Below are positions 1 to 8,037 of a DNA stretch of 32,000 nucleotides, piece after piece. The stretch spans positions 1-32,000 of the forward strand of contig CAZNIQ010000004.1 in assembly GCA_964573185.1 (NCBI GenBank), read 5' to 3'. The position numbers and the translations under genes are program-made. Numbering within the stretch: position 1 is the stretch's first letter; each line of letters starts with the position of its first letter. The notes beneath the pieces were generated by a model. It had not been told where the DNA came from. It saw only the letters and a list, made by a program, of their open reading frames with translations, and made no database searches. Source of the stretch: Candidatus Woesearchaeota archaeon. Lineage in GTDB: Archaea > Nanobdellota > Nanobdellia > Nanobdellales > CAZNIQ01.

Positions 1-16
1 TGTGCTCTTCCGATCT
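1..16. other. Sequencing-adapter remnant (Illumina TruSeq-type) at contig terminus
   Basis: The first 16 nt read TGTGCTCTTCCGATCT, the 3' end of the common Illumina adapter (...GTGTGCTCTTCCGATCT). Composition is unlike the AT-rich flank. Confidence 0.85.
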
Positions 17-225
17 AGAAAGAATTAGAAATGTTTGGGGTGTAAAGCAATATATTTTAGAAGAGGAAGTTAAATAAGTCATTTTAATGGGATAAATATG
101 TTATCTTTATTGATGGGACATTCGAACGATTAGATAATATGTTTAAAACTAAGAGATATTCCTTAAAAATGTAGATATAAAAGGATCTATTAATGAAATT
201 TTTATAGAGAATCTTATAAATAAAT

Positions 226-987
226 TTATATTTCAATCTCTTTATATTTTTCTATTAAAGCTTTTTCCATTACCTTTCTTATCTCAGGAGCTTTCTCTAA
301 AGCGAGATTTAAAGCTTTCTTCAGATCTTCCTTAGAAATTTCTCCATCTAATTGAATCATTGCAAATTCTTTTTTTCTAGGAATTATTGCAACAGGAATA
401 TCAGTAGCTCTTCCCTTCCCATAATATTCTGCATACGCTTTCTTTTCAGGATCTTGTATTAATTTTTCGTAGTCATAATCTTCCTCTTCTTTAGTTAAAT
501 CAATTACGATTCTTTCCCCTACTTTCCCAACAGCTACCGCAGTAACTAAATCTTTCATTGGTATTCCAGCATCTGCTAAAGCCAAGATAGCAGCATTTAT
601 ACCAGCAGTTCTAGTCCCAGCATCTGCTTGCGGGATCTCAACATAAACGTCTATCTGCGTATAAGGAAATTCCTCTAAAAGTACTACTGCCTCCAAAGCT
701 CTTCTAATAACTTCTGAAAGTTCTATCTCTCTTCTAGATGGTCCAGGTTTCTTTCTTTCAGGAACAGAAAAAGTTAACATATTATATCTTACTCTCAAAA
801 TTGCTTTTTCTGGATCCCCTAAATGCTTTGGTATAAATTTGGGACCATATACATACGCTACAGCCCAAGTATCTCCAAATTTAAACATAGCGGATCCATT
901 TGCATTATCAAATATACCTACCTTTGCGAACATAGGTCTTATCTCATCATCCTTTCTGCCATCAAATCTCATAACTTTTAAATTCAT
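226..987 (-). CDS. rrp41: Exosome complex exonuclease Rrp41 (RNase PH fold)
   Basis: 253 aa. RNase PH-type motifs: DGR..DE.RP near the N-terminus, PGPSRREIE, QADAGTRTAGINAA. Has a ~20-aa insertion (YDYEKLIQDPEKKAYAEYYGKG) relative to what I recall of typical Rrp41. Confidence 0.9.
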   Translation of the reverse strand: MNLKVMRFDGRKDDEIRPMFAKVGIFDNANGSAMFKFGDTWAVAYVYGPKFIPKHLGDPEKAILRVRYNMLTFSVPERKKPGPSRREIELSEVIRRALEAVVLLEEFPYTQIDVYVEIPQADAGTRTAGINAAILALADAGIPMKDLVTAVAVGKVGERIVIDLTKEEEDYDYEKLIQDPEKKAYAEYYGKGRATDIPVAIIPRKKEFAMIQLDGEISKEDLKKALNLALEKAPEIRKVMEKALIEKYKEIEI

Positions 988-1505
988 AGAAAAAGTTATA
1001 TTTATGATTCCGGAAGATTACAAGAAATACACTAAAGCTTTTTCAAATAGCTCTAGAATTGAAAGATTATGTTAGCTGTAAAGCAATGTTCAAAACAAAA
1101 TTATTTTTTTATAGAGAAACATAATGTTTTTACCCTATTTTGTTGAAAAATTTAAAGAGGAGTTATTAAAGCTCTTAATTATTATATCTTTCTTATGAAG
1201 AATATTGCGATGAAGAAAAAGCAAAGAAAACTTTAGAATATGCCAAATAAATTTAAATAAAAAAGAAGAATTAGGAAGAAAATCATCATCGAAAATTAAA
1301 TAAAGAATTCGATATATAAATATTTATTTGATGTTCATGTTTTTGATTTAGAAACTTTTGAAAGATTACCAAATTTTCTTTCTAGAATAATATAAAAAAT
1401 AATTGGGAAAAGAGAAAAGAGGTTGGGGGTATATTAGTTAATAAATATAGTGTTTGGAGACTTTAAAGAATAAAGATTTAAAAATGAATTATAAGTATAT
1501 GCTCC

Positions 1506-1976
1506 ATGGGTCAGAAATATGTTCCAAGGGTTATTGGTGAGAAATATATTGATGCTACTGGTCTTGTAGCTGGAAGGTTAGCTTCCTATGTTGCCAAGTG
1601 GGCCTTATCCGGATATAGAGTATATGTAGTTAACGCAGAAAAAGCGATTATAACAGGAGACAAATATACCATATTTAGAATATTTAAGCAAAAAGTAGAC
1701 AGAGGAGATTGGTATAAAGGACCATTTTATCCAAGACAACCACATTTAATTTTGAAAAGAATAATTAGAGGAATGTTACCTTGGCATTCCTGGAGGGGCA
1801 GAATTGCTTTCAAAAGAATAAAATGTTACATCGGAATACCTGAAGAGTTAAAAGGAAAACAATTTGAAACAATACCTGAAGCAAAACCAAAATTTGAGAG
1901 GGGAGTAGTTAAATATGTAACTTTAGAAGAGCTCTCTAAATTCCTAGGAGCAAAATTCTATAAAGTTGAGCAGTAG
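1506..1976 (+). CDS. rpl13: 50S ribosomal protein uL13
   Basis: 156 aa. [17 protein letters not shown]...[11 protein letters not shown] is the classic L13 N-terminal signature. Confidence 0.9.
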   Translation: MGQKYVPRVIGEKYIDATGLVAGRLASYVAKWALSGYRVYVVNAEKAIITGDKYTIFRIFKQKVDRGDWYKGPFYPRQPHLILKRIIRGMLPWHSWRGRIAFKRIKCYIGIPEELKGKQFETIPEAKPKFERGVVKYVTLEELSKFLGAKFYKVEQ

Positions 1977-3144
1977 TCTTTTACTTTTACTTCTCCTTTC
2001 AGCTTTCTTTTCAGCTTCAGAATCTGCATTACTCTCTTCTTCTTATGCCAAAATAAAAGCATCAAATAATAAAATAGCTATTAAGTTAAAAGAAAAAGAA
2101 GACGAAGTTTTAATTTCTATAGTAATTTGGAATAATATAGTAAATGTTTTGATAAGTATTCTTGTAGGAAATTACGTTACAGAGTTATTCGGCAGTTTCT
2201 CTCTAGGCTTAGCTACAGCAATAGCAACTTTTCTTTTGGTTACTTTCGGAGAAATTCTTCCAAAATCAATTGCAGTCAATTTAAAAGAAAGCTTTATATT
2301 AAGGATTGCACCAATCCTTTACTTCTTTCATATTATAATATCACCTATTTCAAAAGTGTATCTCTTTATTGTTAGAAAGATCACAAAAGGAGGATCTATT
2401 AGATATACAGAAGAAGAATTAAAGGTAATATTAGATATGGCGTATCTAAAAGATTTTGAAAGAAAAATAGTTCAAAGAGCATTAGAATTGGATTCTAAAA
2501 CAGTTGCAGATATTTTGATACCCAAAGATGATGTTGTAATGATATCTGAATCTGAAAGTTTGGGTACGGCATTAGAATTAATGAAAAAAACAAAGTATTC
2601 TAAGTTAATTACATACAATGGTGATAAAAATAACGTTACAGGTTATATTTCTTTAAAAGACGTAATAGAGCATTTAAATAACTTAAATAAAAAGGTTAAG
2701 GAAGTTAAGAGAAGTATTTTATTTGTTCCGGAGTATATGAAAGTTCTAGATTTAATAGATTTATTTAAGAGAAGCAGAATACCTATTGCAGCCGTAGTAG
2801 ACGAGTATGGAAACTTTTTAGGAATAGTTACTTTGACAGATACTTTAGAAGAGGTTTTTGGAGAACTTAGAGAGGTTGGAGAAACAGTTAAGCAAGATAT
2901 AGTTGTTCGGGGAAAAGAAATAATTGTGGATGGAGATGTAACAATAGATGATTTGAATACAAAATATAATCTAAAGTTGCCTAAAAATGAAAGTTATAAT
3001 ACGATAGCTGGTTTAATACTATATCATTTAAAGAGAATCCCGAGGAAAGGAGAAAGAATCAATATAAATAATTGCGAGATAGTAATAGAAGACGTTGATA
3101 ACAAAAGGATTAAGAAAGTGAGAATAATTTTTAAAGGTAAGTAG
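1966..3144 (+). CDS. CNNM/CorC-HlyC family membrane protein (DUF21 TM domain + CBS pair + CorC_HlyC domain), putative Mg2+/Co2+ efflux
   Basis: 392 aa. N-terminus [19 protein letters not shown] (DUF21), central CBS-pair-like region, C-terminal transporter-associated domain ([13 protein letters not shown]...[17 protein letters not shown]). TTG start overlaps the L13 stop. Confidence 0.85.
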   Translation: MSSSLLLLLLLSAFFSASESALLSSSYAKIKASNNKIAIKLKEKEDEVLISIVIWNNIVNVLISILVGNYVTELFGSFSLGLATAIATFLLVTFGEILPKSIAVNLKESFILRIAPILYFFHIIISPISKVYLFIVRKITKGGSIRYTEEELKVILDMAYLKDFERKIVQRALELDSKTVADILIPKDDVVMISESESLGTALELMKKTKYSKLITYNGDKNNVTGYISLKDVIEHLNNLNKKVKEVKRSILFVPEYMKVLDLIDLFKRSRIPIAAVVDEYGNFLGIVTLTDTLEEVFGELREVGETVKQDIVVRGKEIIVDGDVTIDDLNTKYNLKLPKNESYNTIAGLILYHLKRIPRKGERININNCEIVIEDVDNKRIKKVRIIFKGK

Positions 3145-3155
3145 AAAGAAGTCTT

Positions 3156-3560
3156 ATGTCTAAAATAGTAATTGCTGTTGGTAAGAGAAAAACTGCTATT
3201 GCGAGAGCTGTAATTAAACCCGGTATCGGAATTGTCAGAATTAATGGCTTTGCTTTAGATGCTTGGGGTAATGAATTAGCAAGATATAGAGTAATGGAAC
3301 CTCTAGTTTTGGCAGGACCTGAATACGTTAGAAAAGTAAATATTTATGTTAATGTAAAAGGTGGTGGAATTATGGGTCAAGCTGATGCTATAAGAACAGC
3401 TATCGCAAAAGGATTAGTTGAGTACTTTCAAGACGAGTACTTAGAAACTTTGTTTGAATTATATGATCCTTGGTTATTAAAATCTGATCCTAGAAGGAAA
3501 GAACAAAGGAAGTCACCGACATCAAAGGCTAGAAAGCACTACCAGACAGCTTACAGATGA
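3156..3560 (+). CDS. rps9: 30S ribosomal protein uS9
   Basis: 134 aa. GKRKTAIARA start and C-terminal ...KARKHYQTAYR are typical of S9. Confidence 0.92.
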   Translation: MSKIVIAVGKRKTAIARAVIKPGIGIVRINGFALDAWGNELARYRVMEPLVLAGPEYVRKVNIYVNVKGGGIMGQADAIRTAIAKGLVEYFQDEYLETLFELYDPWLLKSDPRRKEQRKSPTSKARKHYQTAYR

Positions 3561-3748
3561 TCTCAAAAGATTTACTACTGAAAAGTACAATATCTGGAAT
3601 CATTGCTACAATATTTGCAATTCTTTCAGTATATTTAGTTCACTTATTAGGAGTACCATTTACAACATTTAAAGAAACAATGATAGCAGTCATTATAACA
3701 GCTTTCGCCTCAGGTTTCTGTGGATTCTACTTTGGTAAAAGAAAATGA
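3557..3748 (+). CDS. Small membrane protein (two predicted TM helices), unknown function
   Basis: 63 aa with two hydrophobic stretches. ATGA start/stop overlaps with both S9 and rpoN suggest translational coupling. Confidence 0.5.
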   Translation: MISKDLLLKSTISGIIATIFAILSVYLVHLLGVPFTTFKETMIAVIITAFASGFCGFYFGKRK

Positions 3749-3942
3749 TAATTCCAGTTAGGTGCTTTACTTGTGGAAAACCTATTGGACATCTTTGGGA
3801 AAAGTATAAAGAATTATTAAAGCAGGGAAAAAGTCCTAAGGAAGCTTTAGATGAATTAGGATTAGAAAGGCAATGTTGTAGAGCGATATTCTTAACTCAT
3901 GTAGATTTAATACAGATACTTGCTAAATACAAAAAGCCTTGA
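3745..3942 (+). CDS. rpoN: DNA-directed RNA polymerase subunit N (Rpo10/Rpb10)
   Basis: 65 aa. MIIPVRCFTCGKPIG...CCR is the zinc-bundle signature of RpoN. Confidence 0.92.
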   Translation: MIIPVRCFTCGKPIGHLWEKYKELLKQGKSPKEALDELGLERQCCRAIFLTHVDLIQILAKYKKP

Positions 3943-4547
3943 TCTTTCAGGTAAAAAAGGTAAAAAACACATATATAATAGGAGTTGACCATGATTTAAT
4001 AAATAAAGAAGAATTTTTGAAGAGATACAACATTATAAAAGAAAAATACTACTCTTTTTTTGAAAAACTTGTTAAACACGATTATATATTTTTTATAGAG
4101 GCTAGATTTGATTACTTTGTAAATTTTCTATTAAATAAGGATCCTAGAATGTACGCTTTTGGCACTGCTGGTGCTATTTTGAAATTACTCGTAGAACTGG
4201 TGATGGAATTGAACAAGTTAGGAAAAACTGCTTTTATTGTTGCAGATCCCGCCCATGATGTATTAATAGATAAATACCCTTTGCTAAAAGCAATGGTTGA
4301 AAGTCCTTCTCTTATATATAAAACAGTGGCGTCTCTTTTAAAAGAAAGATTACCTTTTGACCCCACAATAACAATAGCTCCTGCTCAAACCTCCTTTGAT
4401 ATCTGGCTTTGGTATGGAATTATAAAACATTTTTCCCAAAATGAAAAATATTTGTCTAAATTAAAGAAAATTTTGAATAAAAAGGTAAGTAGAAGGGGTT
4501 TTCTTAAGTTTTTGGGGAAAGCCATTCTTGGTTACAGCATTTACTAG
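3939..4547 (+). CDS. Hypothetical protein, upstream part of a reading frame interrupted by one TAG
   Basis: 202 aa with no motif I recognise. The C-terminus (KKVSRRGFLKFLGKAILGYSIY) begins a hydrophobic helix that is cut by TAG at 4545-4547. Same frame as 4563..4874. Confidence 0.55.
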   Translation: MIFQVKKVKNTYIIGVDHDLINKEEFLKRYNIIKEKYYSFFEKLVKHDYIFFIEARFDYFVNFLLNKDPRMYAFGTAGAILKLLVELVMELNKLGKTAFIVADPAHDVLIDKYPLLKAMVESPSLIYKTVASLLKERLPFDPTITIAPAQTSFDIWLWYGIIKHFSQNEKYLSKLKKILNKKVSRRGFLKFLGKAILGYSIY

Positions 4548-4562
4548 TTCCTAGCTTCTACG

Positions 4563-4874
4563 TTGTTTATGATATTTCCTCAAACGAACTATATTTCTAT
4601 TAATGCTACCGACTTTAGGAACGTTATAATTTCAAAAATTGTTCAAAAAATAAAAGGTAAAAAAGTAATTATTAATGGAGCAGGGCACATACCGGGATTG
4701 GAATTCTACTTAAGCCATTCAGTAGCTCTTGAGACAAAATTCGAATTTTATGATGCTCTATCAAAACTTCTGACGAAGAAAAACCTAGGAGAATTGTGGT
4801 ACATTTATTATAGATTGGCAAAAATGGGAAATAAGATTTATTTTGCCGCAAAATACGATAAGATTAAGATTTAG
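4563..4874 (+). CDS. Hypothetical protein, downstream part of the TAG-interrupted frame
   Basis: 103 aa, in frame with 3939..4547 (offset 624 nt). The codons after the TAG (FLASTLFMIF) continue the hydrophobic run. The stop codon shares its last base with tRNA-Pro position 1. Confidence 0.45.
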   Translation: MFMIFPQTNYISINATDFRNVIISKIVQKIKGKKVIINGAGHIPGLEFYLSHSVALETKFEFYDALSKLLTKKNLGELWYIYYRLAKMGNKIYFAAKYDKIKI

Positions 4875-4944
4875 GGGCCGTAGGCTAGCGGTAGGCTGCC
4901 GGGTTCGGGTCCCGGTGACCCGGGTTCGAATCCCGGCGGCCCCA
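4874..4944 (+). tRNA. tRNA-Pro (anticodon CGG)
   Basis: Manual cloverleaf: acceptor GGGGCCG/CGGCCCC, D stem GGCT/GGCT (2 GC + 2 GU pairs), anticodon stem CCGGG/CCCGG with loop TTCGGGT, variable TGAC, T arm CCGGG-TTCGAAT-CCCGG, discriminator A. No encoded CCA. Confidence 0.9.
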
Positions 4945-4950
4945 TTTGAT
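4901..4950 (+). repeat. attL: 3' half of tRNA-Pro plus 6 nt of flank, left copy of the direct repeat
   Basis: Base-by-base alignment with 7993-8042 gives perfect blocks of 17 nt (cccggtgacccgggttc) and 18 nt (aatcccggcggccccatt) and 5 mismatches in 50. Confidence 0.75.
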
Positions 4951-5089
4951 ATTTACCAGAAAACAACAATTCTTTTAGTATAGATCGAATTTCATTGTCT
5001 TTTAGAAGATCTTTTAACTCTCTCAAAAGTTTAAGCTTTTTCTTAAGATCATGATAAGCTCTTTTAGTTTGAGACATGATAATCCCGGG

Positions 5090-5350
5090 CTACTCCATTA
5101 GGATACTATAATTAACCTGATACTTTTTCCCATCCCATAAGATGATCCCTTTATGATTTAGTAACTCTAATAGTTCATAGACTGTTTCTTTATCTAATCT
5201 TAATTCGTACATTAAGACTGCTACTAACTCCTCTATTGTGGGTAGTTCCTTTTGTTTTGCATAATAAAAGGAATAGAAATCAATTATAATTGTAAGTGTT
5301 TGTTTTAGCAATTTCCTTAGTTCTTCCGGAGGGAATTGTTCTAAAAGCAT
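5090..5350 (-). CDS. Small winged-helix (wHTH)-like DNA-binding protein, element-encoded
   Basis: 86 aa. TIEELVAVLMYELRLDKETVYELLELLNHKGIILWDGKKYQV resembles a helix-turn-helix plus beta wing. Confidence 0.55.
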   Translation of the reverse strand: MLLEQFPPEELRKLLKQTLTIIIDFYSFYYAKQKELPTIEELVAVLMYELRLDKETVYELLELLNHKGIILWDGKKYQVNYSILME

Positions 5351-5409
5351 CTTTTATATTTGGATATATAATTACTTTTTGTACTGAACGATACTTTCTT
5401 TTATTATAA

Positions 5410-5538
5410 TTATCCATTTTTAGTTTTTTGCAATTTCTTCTTTTCCTCCTCTTCCTGCATTTTCTTTAATTCCTTTAGTTTTTCTAAAACCCATTGTGGC
5501 AAACCAAGTTCTTTTACAAAATCTTCGGGTTTTAGCAT
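5410..5538 (-). CDS. Mini-ORF (42 aa), HTH/excisionase-like, element-encoded
   Basis: My own translation: MLKPEDFVKELGLPQWVLEKLKELKKMQEEEEKKKLQKTKNG. Below the ORF-track size cutoff. Same strand as the wHTH gene and divergent from the cargo ORFs. Confidence 0.35.
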   Translation of the reverse strand: MLKPEDFVKELGLPQWVLEKLKELKKMQEEEEKKKLQKTKNG

Positions 5539-5633
5539 GATAAAATTGCAAAAGAAAAACAATCTGTTTTTATTTTTCCAGATCATACTTTTCTGTACAT
5601 AATTTTATAAAAACCTTAGCTATAAAAAATTAC

Positions 5634-6710
5634 ATGGTACTATACATAGGCTTCTTAAAAGCAGTTTTACAAGATTCTCTTTCTTTCAAAAAATCTTATA
5701 CTACAAAAAAATACAAGTTTTATTTGGAAGGAGAAAAGGATAATACATATTATTATAGAACCTATATTTTACCTAAAGTAAAAGGAAGTGTTGTGTCTTT
5801 TCCCATTCTTTTAGGTACTATAAAGCTTAAGAGAATAGAAAAAACAAATATTTTGATTGTAGAGATAAATCCTAAATCTGGTAGAGAAAAGGAAGATATA
5901 AAGAAAGCTTATTCCTCACTTGTAAAAAGTCTGCCAGGTATTTATTATATAAACAGTTATATTATTTTTTCAGAATTTTTCAAAAGATATTTGAAGGGAA
6001 TACTTTCAGAGTACAATCTCTATATTCAAAAAATCGATTTTTTATACATTACTAAATACGGTAAAATAGGAGAATACAAAGGAAAAGAGTACGTGTCAAA
6101 ATATGGAAGCGTTTTAGATTTAAAAGATATTAATGAACTTTATGAAGATTTAAAAAGAAAGGGTATTGAAAAAATAATACCGTATGTTTTTTCAATAACA
6201 GATCGTAAGTTTCCTATAGCAATATTTACTGTAAAAAGAAGCTTGATCGCCGTAACGGATTATGGATTAAGAAAATATGAAGAGGTAATTGAACAGATTA
6301 AAAATAAGATTATTGAACTGGTTTTAAAAATAGAAAATATATCTAAATATAAAACAGGAAATCGAGTCAATAACAAGTTTGCAACTTCCAGTACAATAGA
6401 TATAATTAAAGAAGAATACTATTTTGTTAGAAATTCCTATTTAAGCCTATTAAAAAAAGAAGAATTATTAAAGTTGGAAGAAGCTATATTGAGCAACCCT
6501 ATTAGCTACTTCATTGCAGAGGATAAAGAAGGAAGGATTGATATAATATCACTAAGGAAAGAGGGAGATAACGTAGAAATATATGTAACGCCATTTGATT
6601 TATTTAGAAATACAGTATCACCTGTTATAATAGATAAGTGGGAAGCTCTCAGATATATTACATACTCGGAAAATGATGATCTCTTCAGAAATATTCAAAA
6701 AATTACTTGA
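5634..6710 (+). CDS. Orphan protein (358 aa), element cargo gene 1
   Basis: Long ORF with no motif I recognise. It contains no His and no Cys. It overlaps the next ORF by 38 nt. Confidence 0.65.
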   Translation: MVLYIGFLKAVLQDSLSFKKSYTTKKYKFYLEGEKDNTYYYRTYILPKVKGSVVSFPILLGTIKLKRIEKTNILIVEINPKSGREKEDIKKAYSSLVKSLPGIYYINSYIIFSEFFKRYLKGILSEYNLYIQKIDFLYITKYGKIGEYKGKEYVSKYGSVLDLKDINELYEDLKRKGIEKIIPYVFSITDRKFPIAIFTVKRSLIAVTDYGLRKYEEVIEQIKNKIIELVLKIENISKYKTGNRVNNKFATSSTIDIIKEEYYFVRNSYLSLLKKEELLKLEEAILSNPISYFIAEDKEGRIDIISLRKEGDNVEIYVTPFDLFRNTVSPVIIDKWEALRYITYSENDDLFRNIQKIT

Positions 6711-7662
6711 AAATTATAAATACGAAATTATTGATTTTTATTTTTATAATTTAATATTTTTGGGTAGTCTGGCTTCAGCTATAATTGCAGGAAAATATTA
6801 TCCTATTGAAATAGAGAAAAATGGAAAATACGATATTTTAGTAGAATTAGATGATAGAACTTTAGATTTTGAAATTACAAGAATAATTAGCTCCTCCAAC
6901 AGAGAGAAGTTAATAGATTATATAAACAAGAAAAAACGCGCTGCAGAAGAGATAAAGGCTACTCCTGTATTAGTAGTATTGGTAGAAGAAGGTAACAAGG
7001 ATCTTTTTGAAATAAAGAAAGTTTTAGATGATTCAAAACTTTCCTACATCATTGCAAAATTTAAAATAGAAAAGGATTATGATATATTTATAGATTTTGA
7101 AACGTATACAGAAGATCTTATTATTAAAGATATTTTTGAATTTATTAAAAATATTCATAAAAGAGTAACCAAAACTCCCCCCGATACCCTTAGAGCGCTG
7201 TTATTAAAACTTCCCTTTATTCAAGATTTTGAATCAAAGCCAGATTACGAAATTCTAACCTTAGTTTCAATTTTTAATCATCTTTATTATGTTATAAAAA
7301 GTTTTAGAGATATAAACATAGAGAGATATTTGTATTCCGATTTGCCAAAAGAGTTTGTTGGAATATTAAAAGAACATTTAATTAATAACCTAAGGAATTT
7401 AGATTTAGAAAGAAAGGACATTGAAAATTACATAGAGCTTTTTATTGAAAATTCAAAAATTCGAGAACGAATTGAAAGAATATTTAAATATCGTCTATAT
7501 TATAGAATTCGGGATTTTTGTCGGGATCTTAAAAAGTTATCTGAAAATAAAATTAAGAAATGTTTAGAGAAGCTTATAGAAGTAAAAGAGTGCTACGAAA
7601 AAGATGATAATAAAAATAAAAGAAAATACAAAGAGTGTTTAAAGAGGATCCTTGGAATCTAA
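6673..7662 (+). CDS. Orphan protein (329 aa), element cargo gene 2
   Basis: N-terminal hydrophobic segment (FYFYNLIFLGSLASAIIAG). K/E-rich helical C-terminus with four spaced Cys. No Walker, HUH or other catalytic motif recognised. Confidence 0.65.
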   Translation: MMISSEIFKKLLENYKYEIIDFYFYNLIFLGSLASAIIAGKYYPIEIEKNGKYDILVELDDRTLDFEITRIISSSNREKLIDYINKKKRAAEEIKATPVLVVLVEEGNKDLFEIKKVLDDSKLSYIIAKFKIEKDYDIFIDFETYTEDLIIKDIFEFIKNIHKRVTKTPPDTLRALLLKLPFIQDFESKPDYEILTLVSIFNHLYYVIKSFRDINIERYLYSDLPKEFVGILKEHLINNLRNLDLERKDIENYIELFIENSKIRERIERIFKYRLYYRIRDFCRDLKKLSENKIKKCLEKLIEVKECYEKDDNKNKRKYKECLKRILGI

Positions 7663-7839
7663 AAAATAACTATAATTTTCCAATAACATCTAAAAATATG
7701 TTTTCTATAAAGTTTTATTATTTTACCCACCTTTTCTCTTGCAACCTCCTGAATAACTTACTTTACCTCTCCCTTAGAGATCTTGATAACTTCTACAAAT
7801 GCTCATCTTTGCTCTTTACTTTTGAGAATTTAAATGTTA

Positions 7840-8037
7840 TTAAATCTTGTCTATTCTATAGAAGAGATCCTTGATGTGGCTTTCAGAGAGATTCCGGGTT
7901 ACCAACCAATAGTAGAATTCATCGAGAAGATCCAAATTTACAGAAACAAATAAATACTGACGAAATATTGAAAAGTTTGAAATTGTTTGAATGGGCTTGG
8001 GACCCGGTGACCCGGGTTCAAATCCCGGCGGCCCCAT
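7840..8037 (-). pseudogene. Int(C) remnant of the partitioned integrase (truncated)
   Basis: 65-aa ORF starting antisense in the att repeat (MGPPGFEPGSPGP). It continues with LLDEFYYWLVTRNLSESHIKDLFYRI, reminiscent of a tyrosine-recombinase N-domain. It stops at 7840, and 7663-7839 has only stop-interrupted frames. Confidence 0.45.

Larger units (their letters stand above)
4871..5077 (-). pseudogene. Int(N) fragment of a partitioned SSV-type integrase
   Basis: 68-aa ORF: 44 codons of element sequence (MSQTKRAYHDLKKKLKLLRELK...), then read-through antisense across the tRNA (MGPPGFEPGSPGP...). Same frame across att as the ORF at attR. Confidence 0.5.

Noticed and set aside
17-225. Rrp42 gene expected downstream of rrp41
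   Set aside because: The only frame there (MTYLTSSSKIYCFTPQTF...) runs into the adapter and has no RNase PH-like features. It is too short and too close to the artefactual contig end to call.
839-1075. Antisense or shadow ORFs in the six-frame track: 839..1075, 4112..4366, 8512..8724, 11833..12021, 13119..13310, 14542..14907, 15026..15244, 16860..17165, 17720..17944, 19761..20066, 20794..21126, 21226..21438, 22170..22412, 22913..23134, 24885..25109, 25529..25726, 26519..26722, 27213..27467, 27608..27904, 28075..28302, 28694..28909, 29066..29326, 29137..29388, 29282..29464
   Set aside because: Each lies largely inside a longer ORF with clear homology-type motifs, mostly on the opposite strand (29282..29464 is a same-strand alternative frame inside cbf5). 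Their translations are low-complexity (S/F/L/I-rich), typical of alternative-frame reading of K/E-rich genes.
1285-1300. C-box-like GATGATGA on the minus strand
   Set aside because: There is no CTGA D or D' box at the required ~12-nt spacing and no second box pair.
4485-4547. Twin-arginine (Tat) signal SRRGFLKFLG
   Set aside because: The motif lies ~190 residues from the N-terminus of the ORF, not at a protein start. It is more simply a positive-inside flank of a transmembrane helix.
4545-4547. Genome-wide TAG reassignment or pyrrolysine
   Set aside because: TAG terminates well-supported genes in the same window (L13, the CNNM transporter, ORF 4563..4874). No pyl genes are seen here. A single site is insufficient.
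7635-7874. 79-aa plus-strand ORF at the right end of the element
   Set aside because: Low-complexity translation. It overlaps the end of ORF329 and the Int(C) remnant, and the region looks like decayed integrase sequence rather than a gene.
7993-8036. Nanoarchaeum-style split tRNA gene (stand-alone 3' half of tRNA-Pro)
   Set aside because: There is no GC-rich leader upstream that could pair with a 5'-half trailer; the flank is AT-rich. The intact tRNA-Pro 3.1 kb away already has its own 3' half. The antisense frame continuity with the ORF at the left copy fits an att duplication better.
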